A stretch of 64,000 nucleotides of DNA from NCBI RefSeq assembly GCF_964204645.1, contig NC_134034.1, positions 7,638,962 through 7,702,961 on the forward strand, in the 5' to 3' direction. A model generated the notes under the pieces. The model searched no databases. It worked only from the letters and a program-made list of their open reading frames with translations, and was not told where the DNA came from. Positions 39,831-53,460 of this stretch are shown here, one piece after another. A program made the translations under genes and the position numbers. Origin of the DNA: Tubulanus polymorphus (Eukaryota > Animalia > Nemertea). Each line of letters opens with the position of its first letter. Positions within the stretch are counted from its first letter, which is position 1.

Positions 39831-40156
39831 CGCTGTTGTTACCTGTACGTGACTGTACGGTGATTTCTACAGGTTAGCCGTATGTGAGTAATTTGACGCT
39901 CAGCCTTGCAATATTGGGATTCGAAACCAAACGAAAAAAAAGTCCAGTAGTCCAGTGATTTACCCACTGTGCCACAGAACGCAACTGCAGGTTAGAGGAA
40001 ATTTGATTTACAAATAGCCTAGCCTCATGTAACCCAAACTCTATTCTTTTACGCATGTTTGCAGATTATAGGAACTCACGAACAGCGTTTTTAGGGAACT
40101 CACGTACGGTTAACCTGTGGATATCACCGTACAGTCACGTACGGGTAACAACTTCG
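39831..40156. mobile_element. MULE-type MITE with ~60-bp TIRs and 9-bp TSD
   Basis: TIR CGnnGTTGTTACC(T/C)GTACGTGACTGTACGGTGAT, with TACTTAAAA at 39822-39830 and 40157-40165. Confidence 0.8.
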
Positions 40157-40699
40157 TACTTAAAATGCTATTGGGTACTATATAATAGGCCTATATAAAA
40201 ACCAATAAATACCGGTAGGCTTTCTTAGCTTCCACACTTCACAACCGAACCAACTGACCAACCAGTATATTTATTCCCAGTACGCACCAACCGGCACAGG
40301 CCTAACACTGTGAACTGTGTGTACGTTAGTAGGCTATCGATAATCACCTGATACTTTTCTGTCGTTTGTTTTCTCTCCGAGACGAACGTAATTCTAGTAG
40401 CCCTCCGCGACTCAACGACCTTGATTTAAACTTGATCAATTCAAAATCTGTTTATTGACGCTTTTGGTTACATGAACTGATCAGCAATATACTTAAATGA
40501 AATAACCGAAATAACAAGAAATCAAAAATATTAAAGAGGTAACAAACAAATGCCCGTAAACCTGTCAGACACGCAAACGCCAGACTCGTAAACTCTTGGA
40601 CTCGGACCCGCTGGGCAATAAATTCATAAAATTGACTTTGAAATTGATTGTGGAGAAGAGAGGGAATAATTCGATAGCTCTTCCTCATAAAGAAGAGAA

Positions 40700-40976
40700 A
40701 TTTCGGAAAGAAAACACAACATGGCTACTAATTGAACGGAGCCAAATTTCCGATGTTTACGGCTCGACAGTGCCTTTATAACGTGGATTTATCAAAATTC
40801 CCATGCAGTATCTGGAGATTGAAGTCAGCTGAAGGATATCATACGGATTGTATCGGCGACAGCGGTAAGGTAAGGAAGCCTTTACACTTTTAACAAAAAC
40901 TGTGTGGAAAAGGGAAAAAAAAAATAATAATCACGCGAATTTCAATAGGGTTTTCTGTGAAGAAACAGAAAACCCG
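40700..40976 (-). mobile_element. 5' part of a family D HINE
   Basis: Homologous to 45400-45636, with terminal palindrome GGGTTTTCTG...CAGAAAACCC. Confidence 0.6.
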
Positions 40977-41939
40977 AAAACTTCCAGATAGCAACGATTG
41001 ACATCGCAGTTGTTTCGAAACAGAAAGCAATGTCATCTTCCCCCAGTTACTGGTGGTCTGGTTTCAGTAACATAGACAAGATAACAAATTTCAGGGGCTG
41101 TCTGACCCCCTGATTTTTTTTTGGGGGGGGGGGGGGTCACAGACACCCCTAATATTCATCAAAACAGCGGGGAACACTTTATTATAGCTCAGGAGATGAT
41201 AATCAGTTAAGGAGGAGACTTGATAACAAAAAATGACCGAAAAGAAACAAATTTATGAAAATTTGGAATTTATGTTTGACCTCTCATTGACCTTGAGATT
41301 ATGACCATCATTGTAACCCTAGGGGCCCTGAACATGTTTCAAGGACCAGGAACAGTATGTTCAATAAAATGGGCATCCAAGATCAGTTTGTGTCTGCTTT
41401 CTATTATCGCATGGCCAATTACTGGAAAATAAAACTGCCCATTTTTGTACGATCGAACCCAGCGTGACCCTTTTTGGTCCCCCATCACACCCCTGAGAAG
41501 AAAAGTTTTTCAAATATAGATTTCTAGATGTCATCCTGAAATAGAAAATATATAGTCTTATAATGTTTCATTGAGCTGAAAGCCCTCAGAAATGCTTAAT
41601 CATGAGATTTAAATAATGGCTAAAATTGATCGCGCAAGATCTAGCGTTCGGAAAATAGGACGTTCCGCATGGAAAGGTTTTCAAATAATTATTATAGTAG
41701 CGCCGGAATTCCCCGTATATCCCAAAAACAGCCAATCACATTCGCTCGTAGAGACGGCGCCCCCCAACCGAGGTCATTGCAATTTTACACGCAAGAGCTA
41801 AGAATTTTCCCGCCAAAAACTGTTTTCGTCGAATTCAAACAAAGTTGACCATGTCATCGACGGAGGTTCGTCATGTCTTCAATCGCATCGATTATACGTC
41901 GTATACGGGCCTTATACCTTCATGACGTAGTAGAAGAAG

Positions 41940-42783
41940 AATATATTAGCAAAATCAACTTTGGATATTATAGAACCATCTAGAATTATAAGAATAAGAA
42001 ATAATGAAAAAGAAAATGTTACCAGTACAGAAATAAATAGAAATAAAAGATCATTTCGTCTAAGAATTGATTATTTATTTGAAATAATCAAAAATAATCT
42101 AGAATCAGAAATGGAAGAGCATGGAAACCAGAAACATCAAGAAGAGACATTCAACCAATTGATAATGGTTCAAGTCAATTACAAGAAAGAAGTAATTTAG
42201 ATAAAGCGAGAGATACAGTTAATTACTTAGAAAAACAGATAAATAGTACTTTAGATACATCTCTTACTGGAACAAATCAAATGAAACTTTTATCAGAAAA
42301 AGGATTTCTTGGTTTAACTGAAGATTTAGAAACATTTCCTGAATAAGCGCGTAGAGAAATTAAAGGTGTACAAATATCAGCTGATAAAATTGCGCATGAT
42401 AAAAGTATAAGAGATCAAAAAATTATGTATTTGGAAAACGAAAAAAACGATAAAAATGAAGAAATAGAACAATTAAAGTCTGATTTAGCTCAACAAGTAA
42501 TTGATGAAATTGAATATAGCCTAAAAGAATTACGTTTAGAAAAAGAAATTAATGATTTAAAAGATAGTAAAAGTTAGAAGTACAGAAAAAAGAAAAATAT
42601 ATATTAATGGAAAAATATGCTAATAATATTAAAAGATTAAAAGTTATCTTTTAAAGATTTGTTGATAAAACCAGATTCAAAACTATCATTAAAAGATAGA
42701 ATAAAATTATTATTTAAATTAGAAGGTATAACAATTCTTTCAATTCTAACAGCTGTAACTATGGTATTTACAACAATTGGTTA
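41940..42783 (+). mobile_element. Polinton remnant C (coiled-coil protein fragment)
   Basis: Nucleotide-level similarity to 29650-30075 (GATAAAATTGCGCATGATAAAAGTATAAGAGAT; LKDRIKLLFKLEGITILS). Confidence 0.8.
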
Positions 42784-44369
42784 AGAAACAATAAATTACA
42801 CAATTTGAACTTTATTGTTCGGGATTATAAGAGTAGGCAACATATTCCACTCTCGAGAATTACAAGACGCTCATCTAAAATGTAATAAAGAGTCCATTAA
42901 TTATAAATCAAAAATTTAATAAAGGACCAATGGTCCAGTGGCTCGCCAAACTGGTGTGAAGTAAAATCTGTCACGTAGGCTACTGGTATGCAAAAAATCA
43001 TTTCATTGAAAATTTAACAAGAAAAAGATATACAAAAAGGGACTCAATTTTGATCAGTGTGAACTTTTAATGATAACTGACTTTTGACGAGAATGAAATC
43101 TTTGAAAAATTGATTATGGGCCCCTTGTCTGAACAAATGTTCATAATTGTAATACATCCCTTGAATGATATAAAACAACTAAAACTATGAGTGACCCGAT
43201 AAGATACGGTACCAACTTGGTGAGAGACTGGGTTTCATCGGAAGTTTTAACTGATACATACAGGCAGCGAACACGAGAGTATAAGGCTATATTGCCTCCG
43301 CGACTGACTGTACGCGACTGTTTTCAACGCGAACGCTCCACTGTGCCCCAGTTAACAAACTAATACAAATAATCAGGCTCCAAAACTGATCGCTAATGCG
43401 AACGTTAATGAAATGACTTCAATTAATGTTGATAAAACATGTATTCCAGTCGTGTAAATATCAGACTCATCTCTAAAAATTCGATGCTATCAGTGAATCA
43501 GCCGTGTGGCGAACACGGAAGTAAATTTCCACATTTTGAAACCACATTCAGATTTCTTGATGCAACGTTACCTTACGCACGGGATATCAAAACTAGATGA
43601 ATCATTGAATACATCGCACACAATAAATCGTTATATCATACGCCTTGAATATCAGTATTTGCGCTAGAAATGATGAATATCAACAATCGCGCCGCAATTT
43701 TGTTTGTGAAATCACGCGCACCAGCTGATCCATCTCGTTCAATGTCATGACGTCATGATGGATGTCAAAACCGGGTCAACACAAATTTTATAGAACCAAG
43801 ATTTTGAGGTGATTTGTCTTTGAAAGCCCATAACTACCGAAACAAGCGTCGGATCTTGGTGATATAATGTTCTTCTGACGCAAATAGCATTGAATTTTCA
43901 CGTGTCTTATTTTGGACATTTAAAGATGCTGCATAACAAAACGTGCTCGAATAAATTCGAATTTTTGAAACATTTTTGGTAAATTTCTCAAAAAATATGA
44001 AACCCATACCTTCAACTTTGCGCACCATAAAGAAAAACCAATTACGAAATATATTTTTGCTTAATCCGTTCAATTCGCCCATTAGCAGTGAAATTACAGG
44101 CTAATGAAATTGCGTTCGAGTGCGCTAAAAATAGCTTCAAGCGTAGTGTATTAAGCATACGAATGATTATCGATCGGCCAGACCGTTGACATTGGCTTAC
44201 CAGATTACCGGTGGTATAGAAAAACATTTATAGATTATTTTTCGCGTGATGATATAGATACCATATTAAATAAAGGACCAATGGCCCAGAAGCTCACCGA
44301 CATGATATTCTGAGAAGCAAAAGGAAGAAAGCGAAATATGCTTTCAAAGAAGTAATAATAAGAAGTAAA

Positions 44370-45636
44370 TATAGCTGCAAAGCAGCGATAACGGGTTTTC
44401 TGCTGTCTTAGAATCCTGTTCATCGGTGGATTTCGACAAAGCATTTGATAAGGTACAACAGCAGCCATTACTAACTAAACAGGCTATTAGGAAACAGTAC
44501 CAATGATATGTCGCCCAAATGGCTCAGCAGTTATCTCTGAACAAAAACTTGTAGCCGAAATCAAGGGAACGCCTCATCTTGGAATAAGTCGGTCTAGCAA
44601 GTGGAGTCACGCAAGGTAGTATCCTAAGTCGTCTTCTGCTTGATGTCCTGACAAATGACATACACAGTAATCCAAAATATACCAGATCGAGTAAATTTCC
44701 AAAACAACCTTAACACTCCACGCCGTTCGACCAAAAAATTTAATGTTCCGACAAGAAAATCTTGTTCGAATGAAAACAATTCTGTTTGATCGAACAATAC
44801 GCTTCTTGTTTGAACCAAAACTTTTTTTCATTCTGACAAAAAAAATGTGTTCGAATAAAAAGCTATGTTATTGTTTAAATGAAAAAACTGTTTGCCCGGC
44901 AAAAGAAATTGGTTGAGCGAAAACAAATTTTTTTCGAACGAATGTTTGAATGAAAACAATTCTGTTCGATTGAACGAAATACTTAATACTTTTGGTTAGG
45001 AGAAAAAATTTTTTACAATATACTTGTTCGAACGAAAAACTTAATGTTCTGACAAGAAAATTCAGTTCAAATTAAAACAATTCTGTTCGATTCTCATGAT
45101 GAGGAGAAACTCGCAGCTGATCCCCGGAACGACGATGTAGTGACACACGTCGATTCGTCGATGTTTATGGCTTGAAAGTGCTTCTAAAATCTAAAGTAGT
45201 AAATTTCCAGTGTATCGGTAATATGATTTGATGAGGAATATGGGCTATTGTTAAAATTACTGTTTGAAGACCGCGGCTGAATGTGAAGTCTGCGGCAATA
45301 AATTAGTTCATTTATACTTGAATTGATAATCGAAGTGACAATCGGCCTGCGGGTTGATTTCGGGATGACGACTCGAAAAACATGTCGCCCCATTGAATGG
45401 GGCAAAATTTTCGATGTTTACGGCCCGACAGTGCTTTTGTAACGATGATTCGTGAAAAAACACGCGGATTATTTGTAGATCTCAGTGAGCTGAACGATAT
45501 CATACGGATTGTATCGACAACAGCGGCAAGGTAACAAAACCTTAGTTCTTTTAGTGAAAATAGTGTGACATAAAATAATAATAAGAAGAAACACGCGAAT
45601 CTCAATAGGGTTTTCTGTGATGTAACAGAAAAACCT
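44370..45636 (-). mobile_element. HINE family D, complete copy
   Basis: 3' hairpin GCTGC-AAA-GCAGC with subterminal GGGTTTTCTG at the left and the 5' palindrome at the right. Internal TGTTCGA-rich repeats. Confidence 0.7.
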
Positions 45637-45864
45637 AATAATCAAAGCTTAGTTGACAAAGAACCGTGAGATGGACAGGTAACACTTCATATAAAATAAA
45701 ATGTTTTATTTTTTTGCAAAATAACAAGCTAATTTTTTTACAATAACTTGAATCTTGAATAGTTCAGATGTTCCGTCGTACATGTATCTAGGCTATGGTT
45801 TCCCGTGAACGTTGTAATTTTTGTTATAAGTTTAATGACTGCTACTCGCCATATCATAACCTAA

Positions 45865-47790
45865 ACAAGAGGCCCACGGGTCTTGTACCTTCATGACGCA
45901 GTAGAAGAAGAATGATTCAGTATTCAAAGTTTTACAGAATGATTTACATTGTAATGATGTAACAAGTTTTAAAATAGTTAAGAGGTATAGGCTATGTGGC
46001 GATAATGTTCATTTTCTGTTAATATATCCATACATGAAAAGACAAGCCCATTTTAGCTGCCCCAAAGATCACACTACATGAAAAAATGCATCAAGAATTG
46101 GTGTAGGCATCGTGTTGAAAATAAATCCAAGATGGGTGGCAACCCTGGTGGACACAAGGGGTAGACATTTCACCTACCAAAATTCTTACACCTAGTATCT
46201 TGAAAATGCATTGCAAAATTGAATTGCAGGCCGTTTCGTGCAAGAAATTCTAGATGGCTGACCTGGCGGCCATATTTGAAGGCCGATGACCTCCATATAC
46301 AAAAGGCATGGAGAGCTTGACCCTGATCCTCACACGAAATTGTGTGGAAATCCATCAAGAATTGCGGACTGCATCGAGCAAACAAGAAATTCAACATGGC
46401 CACCCCAATGGCAGCCATATTTGATCACCAATGATATTTTTTTACAATATGGGTGGACATCTCGCCAGACCCAATCATCATGCTACTTTTCAAAAAGATT
46501 CATCGCAAATTACAGGTGAATTACTGTGTGAAATTCAATTCAATTCCAGAGGTCCTGGCTTAGGCCTATGTAATAGGAGTCAATTAAGATTCGACTTTTT
46601 GAAAAACCAGCACAGATGCCTATTCAAATCACATGTAATTAAAAAGTGCTTCTTAGTTTGATGTCCCTGTTTTCATCGCGCACGTGGTTAAAATTATTGT
46701 TATCGAACGTCTTCAACAGCTGTTACGACGGCAACCGCGTCTGTCAATCATCTTAATTGATTCATATACTAAAATGCACGCTATGAAAAAAACTATGCGG
46801 TGGATCAATCTGGAATTTTTCAGTAGAATGTCAGACGCTAGGTACCTTTCTTTAAAGGTTCATTTGTTGTATGTCATTTACGATCAGTTATACAGTACTT
46901 TATTCATAACTTTGAGGGACTTAGAGGGACTGTAATGGACCATTTGTTGACACTAACCGTTAATAAGCTTCGTATGGATACAATCAAGATAATTCCACCC
47001 TATAATTCCACTATTCAACGATCGACATACGACGCGCAGCTTGAACATGGCGCCGCCATTCAATACGCTCGTCACGATGTATCTCTACACACATCAAAAT
47101 CACACTTAGATTACAAGTGTTGACTTATGAGAAACGATCGAAATCTAGCAAGTTGATTGGGAAAATAGCAGCACTATAGTTGAAAAAAGTTGATAAACCA
47201 CCTCCGACTGTCTAATCATTAAAAAACTGATGCTTCTGTTTCCATTGCCCTAGGAAAACTAATCAATGACCAAATATCGCGAGTTGCTAAATTACGCTAA
47301 AATATTAAGTTCGTTCGGATCATCTCGAAATTTCAGCCTGGCAACCCTCAAGAAATGTTTTAAACGCCTGTGCAATGTTCTATCAAAATCACTGAAGAAA
47401 CTTTTTTCATGCACAAACACGCATTGTAGCGACAGATAAGAAGACAAGGCAATTCAAACCCATCGTTCATATCGCTAAATCAGGTCTTTAATTATGTTGT
47501 TATAACTTTTTCGGAAATAATTCAGTAAGTGCACATTCGCTATTAAAATAGCTTCAGGGACAGCCGAAAATGTGCAGAGCTCTCGATTGGCAAGCTGGTG
47601 CTGCCATCATTAATCGCTATTGCGCAATCGCAAGGCCAGTAAATCCATTGAGTAAAAAGTGGAGTGGTGGAAGATTATTTTTTTCTCCTAATAACTATAG
47701 TACAGACGATATAGCTGAAAGAAGTTTGTATTCCGATTCAGAAGGCATTTTTTTTTACAAACGAGGTCCAGTCATAAAAAAATGAAGGTC
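45865..47790 (-). mobile_element. Probable HINE (family E)
   Basis: Left end CAAGAGGCCCACGGGTCTTGTACCTTCAT (hairpin plus subterminal repeat), right end ATGAAGGT. A related end is at about 41905. Confidence 0.4.
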
Positions 47791-48299
47791 TTTTTATTGG
47801 ATATACATTGGGGTTTCGTTATTTCATCAGGAGAAACTGAAGACTTACCTCCCTCCCTCGTACATGTACCATACCCGACGACTGGTGGAAGTTAATACGC
47901 TACGGTTTCTTTGAGTATCTTGACGTCGACGGTACTCTTATTTCAAGAGTCAGTGACCAAAGTATAAAAATGTAACGTGCTTTTCCGCCATTTGTTTTCT
48001 TAACAGTAATCGTCAATACACAGCTTGATATTTTACAAAATGTAGCATCTGCTAATGATTATTCATGACTTAGGTCATTCCAGGTCAAGTCAAACTATAT
48101 TAAAGCTAAGAAAATTTTCTAATTATCTAAAATTTTACAGCTTAGATCAATCACATCCCAACGAAATTCGCACAATAGCGAGTGTTAGGCTATTTGAATC
48201 ATCTGAAACAAGAAATACGACCGGGTATATCACCGTTTCAGAATGTGCCTTGTCAACATCACTTTCTAGCAATATTGGCACAAGACCAACTAGACCGTT

Positions 48300-50215
48300 G
48301 GCATAACTTATGCTTCGCTAAAAAGTTAGATAACTTTAAACCAAATATAACTCATGCAAAGAAATTTTTTGAACTTACATATAGAATTTCTAAATAAACA
48401 TCCATCTAAAAATGAAATCAAAAATTATATTCCAAAAATAATTTCAAGAGCAGCATACATTGATTATAAACTCGGGCATAGTGGAATTTATACTATGGCA
48501 ATGAAAAGGAATGTGTATAAAGAATATAGTAATCTTGTAGAAAATATTGCAAATGAAAAAGAATACCTTATCTTATAGAAATATTACATAACTTAAATGG
48601 TACGATGGTATGAATTGGATGAATAGGATGAGTTTTATATTTACTTAATAATTTGTTTTTTTTTTCATCTAAAAACAGTTTGAGCTTGATTTAGGTTATT
48701 TTGTTAATATTATTGTAATAAACAAAAATATAAATATTATGTTATTTTATATTTAAATAATATTTAAATATAGAATAAAATTGATAAAATAACCTAAATA
48801 AAACTCATACTGTTTTTTTAGATAAAAAAGATATACAATTATGAAGTAAATATAAACTCATACCATTCATACCATATACCATTTAATTTATATAATATTC
48901 AAAAATTATAATTTTATTTCATGAATTTATATTCAATTGGAAATTGAAGCCTCAGAAGTAAATTCGAACTTCCAGAAATATCCTTTGTTATATTCTTCTA
49001 AGTTCTTCATGTCAATTAAATCTGCTTGCCACTGTTCACCATACTTTATTTTTTTATCAGATTTTATTTCATCCGATTATTCTTTAAGACTAGAATATTA
49101 TTCCTCACTTTCAGGATTATAATATAAATCTCTGAAATATTGTTCTTTTTCCATTATATTTTAATCCATCAATAATAATCTAGATTTATTTTCTACTATA
49201 ATAGGTTTATCATCATCACTACTATCATCATTATCATTATCATTATCATCATTAATATATTATTGTCTTCATATTTATGCATTATACCAGAGAATATAAT
49301 AACTGTGACTAATCCAATTGTAATATATAAGTAATTAATTCCTCCAACATTAGAAGCATTAGATAAATTATTATTATTTGAATTATTATGTGTGAATTAT
49401 TATTATGGTTCATTTAAATCATCAGATAATTCATTTTCTTCGCTCTTTTCACTCGGCAGATCTTTTTTCCAACTCCTTTGCACTTTGTTTTTCTGATCAA
49501 GGCTTTTTCTTAATATCATCACTCATTTATTTTAGTTAATTTTTGGTCTGTTTCATGATTATCTGATTTATTAAATCTTTATATTCTATAGGTTTAATAT
49601 TAGAAAATTTTATAACACCTGTAGAAATGAATGTCATTTTTCCCTCTAATTGGAATGATGCGTACCCAACCCATCGTTGCCATTCATACATGATTAAGTA
49701 ATCATTTTCTAAATCACTATATAATTTATGTTCATCATTAATTGTTATTACTCGATTACATAACTTAGAGTAACATTTTACTATTTCATCACCAATAGAA
49801 TTATCTATTCTAGCTAACCTTGCTTCTCCATATATTTTAAAATATTTGATTACTTTATCTAGTTTCATAGTCAAGTTCTTGAAAAGTTACACTTACACTT
49901 ACCACTAGCAATTAATAAATCTAGATGGTGCTTACATGTTAATTATTACTCGTAATCAATATTATTATTATTACTAATTTGTTAAGTTATTGTTTTTTAT
50001 TCTTAAGTCTTTATTTTGATTTGTATTACAGTCGTTTCTAATCATAATTTTAAAGGCTTTATTTGAATTGTATTACAGTCGTTTCTATTACATTGACAGA
50101 TGGCAGCACTGAGATACACAGCCCTGTGCTACTGAGTTGAATTTGATAATCAATTAACATAGATAATTGATTATTTATTTGATTAAAAAATAAATCATAA
50201 TCAAGTTATAAGTCT
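48300..50215 (-). mobile_element. Polinton remnant D (different subfamily): conserved ORF, TM ORF and deleted integrase start
   Basis: Homologue of ORF 36101, integrase N-terminus LYYNPES...QWQADLIDMK at 48970-49153, and a noncoding block shared with 37165-37330. Confidence 0.7.
48580..48900. repeat. Imperfect ~320-bp AT-rich inverted repeat
   Basis: Left arm AAATGGTACGATGGTATGAA...TATATTTACTT...ATCTAAAAACAGT...TTTAGGTTATTTT is mirrored on the right. Confidence 0.7.
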
Positions 50216-51943
50216 ATTGACATTTTTGGGAACAAAAAAGGTCACAGTACGGCCATCTTGAGTCCGATCGACTCAATTTTTCTCATGCCGATGGGCCCTC
50301 GGGGGATACAAATATATACGAATGATCAAGGTTATTGATAAAAGTGTCTTCAAAATTTCCCTCGAAAACTTCAAAAATGTGTAAAAAGTGCTGATTTTGG
50401 CGAACAACAATGGCTGCCAGTCGGCCATCTTGAATCTGACAGGGCCAGTTTTTAGCCTGAAGATGTGTCTAGGGTAGATACACGTATAAACCAAATATCA
50501 AGACATTACCTTGAAGCCTCTTCAAAACTTTGGAACTCTCACGAACTATCTAGATGGTTATCTCTCGACCTCAATAGCTTCAAGACCCATCTCAAAACAA
50601 CTTTGTTCCATGCAGCATACCATTAACTCTCGGAAAGCGAATTGTATTTAACATTTTTTTGGCAGAATAAAATTTGATTGAATTTGCAATTCGGGCACAT
50701 GGCTAATTAGCATATCAAGATCATACACCCGATTTGGTAAAACCATTTTTTTCGCGAACCTTGCGCAATTGTCAAGGATGAATTTTCTGTAGAGCAAATA
50801 AAAATTCCTCCCAAACACCAAATCAACTAAAGATTTCATAGAAATCGATCTTGAAATACAATTTTAAATCTTAAAATAAAACCCAGAAGTAAAACAGTAG
50901 ACGATACCGCGGGTTCACGTGAACACCTGATTTCTGTAAACGAAATGTTGGTTGTGACAAAATTGTTCAGACGGTTTTAGGTGGTAATAAGTACGGAAAC
51001 GTAACGACCATGGTCGACTTATTCGATGAAATCAGGCCTATGTGATATCCAAATTTTGACTTTTTTATTCTCCAGACCTCCCTGATATAGAAATAAAAAA
51101 TTTTGGTGGTACGAAAGTGCAATCACAGCGCCGACGGGGACAGAGCCGTGTCAGAAATCGGCGGAATGAAAATTGAGGTGGACGAACACGAAGAAGTAGG
51201 CTATTGTGCTACTTGAATCACGAAAACTCCCGGCGCGGGCCCGACGCTTTTCTAAGTAATACAAATATCATGCAATGGGTTTTCACAATCTACCGCTGGT
51301 ATTTACCGGATTTCAATATCACTCCAAAATTCAAAGAAACCTCGAAATATCGAACCGGAACACTTCCGGTAGATATCCGCGGCTGCCCAACCGGGAAACT
51401 TATTTGTTTCAATAGATATTGATAGGATCCATCATCTTCACCCGTCAAGGGATTCGAACCCACTAAGCGGCATGCAAGAATCGGGTCGGGCCAATCACAG
51501 CGCTTGTAACAAACCATATTAGGCTTCTGTGGAATTTCCCAGTAAATGGGCCAATCAGCGAACACGTAGCGAACGCGGAAGTATTGTCGCGTGTTGATAC
51601 ATGACGTCATGCGCAAAAGCGCCAGTAATGAAATCGCGATAATTCACGTGAACAGCTGCTGATATTTTCAGATAAACCAATCACAGGGAAGACACAACTT
51701 CCTGATTGGCTGATAAAAATTGAAATTTTCCCGATTTAACTTTCGTGAAAAATGCAGAAAACATTTTTATGAGACCCTATTTCAAAATTCTGCTCGCTAC
51801 GATTCCGAGAATGGATTACGCTTAAATACGTGATTTGTTCGAATATGCCCTCACTTGGCAAGCAAAAGAGCCTTTTGTGTGGAAACCATGTCATTTAAAT
51901 TCGCTCCATTTGTATAGTAATAGGCTCAGCCTACGGCTGGCCT
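50216..51943 (-). mobile_element. HINE family A, copy 3 (3' part missing)
   Basis: Nearly identical to the reverse complement of 1-1573, with an intact 5' terminus at 51943. Confidence 0.88.
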
Positions 51944-52432
51944 AAAAACCGCAACAAACCCCAGGTGAGCCAGTGGAAAACCAAAAATCAGGGAGCTACC
52001 GTGATGCTTCGTTTTCAGTTCCTAACTGTACTGGTAGATAATAACATGCCTATTATGACCCCGTTACGTTTGAGTCGAAAAAAGGAAATCAAACAACCCG
52101 GTGTCAACTGACTCCCGGATACCTTAGTAAGGCACTGACTGCCATTACCTCGATATTAACATAAACCAGTAGGCAAAAAACTTAAACTCTAGACGCAGCC
52201 TTGCCCAGGCTATATAAATAAAATCATGATTCATGTCTAAACTTAATACCTATAACAAAAGGAACCCTTACCACTAACTGTCTTAAGGTAACCTAGGCAC
52301 TGTAAAAGATGCCCACAACTTATATACATCAACTTTCTTATAGCTGAATACAGAAGAAACCCTTTAATCCCCAGGACCTGGTTTAAAAAGGTCTAACTGG
52401 GCCCGATGTTTTTTGGGTTTTTGTACGCTTAT

Positions 52433-53460
52433 TCATTGTGCAGTAACAATTGGACCCAACGTGGACAGTGAGCCTAACTGTCCAGAAACGTCCTTCAAAT
52501 AAAATGACGAGAAGGTAGATGGAGACGTCCAGAAGGCTGAACGACAAACCTGTTCCAAGGAAGCCCCCATGAATAATGACCAGGAAGTGGCTAATGCCCT
52601 CACCTGATGAGAATGTATCCCGAGCGGAGCCTGGGCCCCCTGAGAATGCAGAGTTTCTTTAATTAAAGATACAATCCATCTAGCGATTGTGTCCCTTGAG
52701 ATATCTCTCTTATCCCCTTGTCGGAGAGGAATAAAGAGCCTCTCCCTTTCTTGTCTGTGGGGAAGTGTCCTCTCTAGGTACTCCTTTAAAGCTCTTACTG
52801 GACAGAGCGACGTATCAGGAAGGTCGTGAGATACCCTTTGCGTCAAAGCCTCAATCTTCCAAGATCTGGCTGCTACGGAAGCCTTTTGATTCTTGGCAAT
52901 GAAACTAAGACCAGGCCTTAAAATGACAAACCTATCTTGTGGACCAAAGGAAATATGACCCGGACGCATCGATAAAGCATGAACCTCTGAACGCCTCGCG
53001 GCCATCGCTAAGAACAGTAAGAACACCGTTTTCTTAGATAAGTCTGACAGGGTAGTATTGCGGATAGGCTCGAAGGGAGTGATCATAAGTGCTCTAAGAA
53101 CCACTGTTAAGTCCCATGGCGGGATATCTGAAACCTGTTTGGGTCTCTTAACCCCAAAACCTGATATCAATTGAGCTATTTTCACATCCTCCGTCACTAC
53201 AGGGACGCCCGCTGAACGAAAAGTATGCCCTATTGCTGATCTGTAGCCTTTAATGGTTACAACCTGTCTATTCTTCTCTTCGAACAGGAAATAGAAAAAA
53301 TCTATTAACTCTGACACAGAGGGGTGGAGAGAATCCACCGCTCTCCTTTTACACCAATCGGAGTAACATTTGGAATTTTACAATGCTCCAGTAGAGGGAC
53401 GTTTGGATTCCACGATAAATCTGGCTGCCCCCGAAGAAATTCCTTGGGTTGAAAGCTGTC
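52433..53460 (-). pseudogene. DIRS tyrosine recombinase (with SAM-like N-terminal domain), one stop near the start
   Basis: TIKGYRSAI, PPWDL..VL, AARRSEVHAL, LCPVRAL..Y, HSHQVRALATS, FW.S.STF..FY. Confidence 0.9.
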
